DNA from: a virus
Taxonomy: Duplodnaviria > Heunggongvirae > Uroviricota > Caudoviricetes
Strand: one strand, 5' to 3'
DNA length: 64,000 bases
IMG/VR virus record: IMGVR_UViG_2703718819_000007
Made by a program: the position numbers and the translations under genes. How positions within the stretch are numbered: the first letter of the stretch is position 1; each line of letters starts with the position of its first letter. Below are positions 62,800 through 64,000 of the stretch, in pieces. The notes under the pieces were generated by a model, which made no database searches, was not told the DNA's origin, and saw only the letters and a program-made list of their open reading frames with translations.

Positions 62800-63008
62800 A
62801 TCAGAATGATATTGAAGCCATGATTCAGCGTTATACGGAAGCTGAAATGGCAGTGCTGGACGGAAAATCCGTCACTTTTAATGGTCAGCAGATGACCATG
62901 GAAAACTTATCTGAGATCCGGCAGGGGCGGCAGGAGTGGGAGCGCCGCCTTGCGGCTCTGATTACACGACGACGGGGGCATCCCGGGTACCGGCTGGCGA
63001 GGTTCTGA
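62790..63008 (+). CDS. Head-tail joining protein (gpW-like)
   Basis: ~70 aa, C-terminal RRRGHPGY as in lambda W; position between terminase and portal. Confidence 0.65.
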   Translation: MVMNQNDIEAMIQRYTEAEMAVLDGKSVTFNGQQMTMENLSEIRQGRQEWERRLAALITRRRGHPGYRLARF

Positions 63009-64000
63009 TGGCAATTCTTGATGATGTGATTGGCGTTTTTTCACCAGGATGGAAAGCGGCAAGGCTGCGTTCCCGAGCGGTGATCCAAGCTTATGAGGCC
63101 GTAAAAACGACGCGGACACACAAAGCCCGACGGGAGAACCGAACTGCCGACCAGTTAAGCCAGTACGGGGCCGTGTCGTTACGTGAGCAGGCCCGTTACC
63201 TTGATAACAACCACGATCTGGTCATTGGTGTATTTGACAAGCTGGAAGAACGGGTGGTGGGGAAAAACGGGATTATTGTCGAGCCACATCCGGTATTACG
63301 CAATGGTGCCATTGCCCGTGACCTGGCAGCGGAGATACGTACCCGATGGAGTGAATGGTCTGTCAGTCCGGAAGTCACCGGGCAGTTTACCCGTCCGATG
63401 CTGGAACGTCTGATGCTGCGTACCTGGCTGCGCGATGGTGAGGTGTTTGCCCAGATGGTTTCCGGGCGCATAAACAGCCTGACGCCTTCTGCCGGTGTTC
63501 ATTTCTGGCTGGAGGCGCTCGAGCCGGACTTTATTCCCATGACCAGTGATGAGAGCAACAGGCTGAATCAGGGCGTGTTTGTTGATGACTGGGGGCGTCC
63601 CGAAAAATATCTGGTGTATAAAAGTCGTCCTGTATCCGGACGGCAGATGGAAACCAAAGAAGTGGATGCAGAGCGAATGCTGCATCTTAAATTTGTTCGC
63701 CGTCTGCACCAGATGCGCGGGACGTCTTTATTGTCCGGTGTGCTGATCCGCCTCAGCGCCCTGAAAGAGTATGAAGATTCTGAGCTGACTGCAGCAAGGA
63801 TCGCCGCTGCTCTGGGGATGTACATCCGGAAAGGCGACGGACAGAGCTATGAAACGGATGGTAATGACAGCAAGGAGAATGAACGCGAGCTTACCATTCA
63901 GCCAGGCATTATTTACGACGATCTGAAACCCGGCGAAGAAATCGGAATGGTGAAGTCGGATCGTCCCAATCCTAACCTTGAAACTTTTCGTAATGGTCAG
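63007..64000 (+). CDS. Portal protein (lambda gpB-like), 3' truncated by the window end
   Basis: Open frame from ATG 63007 to the window end (not in ORF track because no stop); position after gpW. Confidence 0.7.

Overview
Enterobacterial (Escherichia coli-like) chromosome around the ynfEFG–speG–rspAB locus, carrying three independent mobile-element insertions. (1) 1–~23922: the right arm of a lambdoid-type prophage whose junction truncates ynfG after ~25 codons. It has a collagen-repeat tail fibre, a Lom/Ail outer-membrane protein, a five-gene operon ending in a giant 2793-aa ORF with two HExxH motifs, and a leftward-transcribed accessory block (DUF551, Ea22-like, TraR-like, duplicated antirepressor modules). 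(2) 27513–34234: a ~6.7 kb integrative element inserted inside ynfE, bounded by an 11-bp direct duplication. It has a tyrosine integrase, two T7-type phage-RNAP promoter motifs, complete absence of GATC, an ~80-bp tandem-repeat array, and eight to ten small genes all on one strand. I consider this the most likely undescribed system: a candidate satellite or miniature derivative of a T7-like phage, with no RNA polymerase, terminase or replication gene of its own. (3) ~40850 to the window end: a Qin-type lambdoid prophage next to rspB that appears intact (int, xis, exonuclease, dicB, dicF sRNA, dicA/dicC, replication gene, QueH-like gene, hok toxin, Q, cold-shock paralogs, lysis cassette, cos, terminase, gpW, portal). 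Host genes ynfF, ynfD, ynfC, speG, ynfB, ynfA, rspA and rspB are intact between the elements. No rRNA, tRNA or CRISPR array was found. All calls come from reading the sequence and ORF translations; homology assignments are from memory of protein families and need database confirmation.
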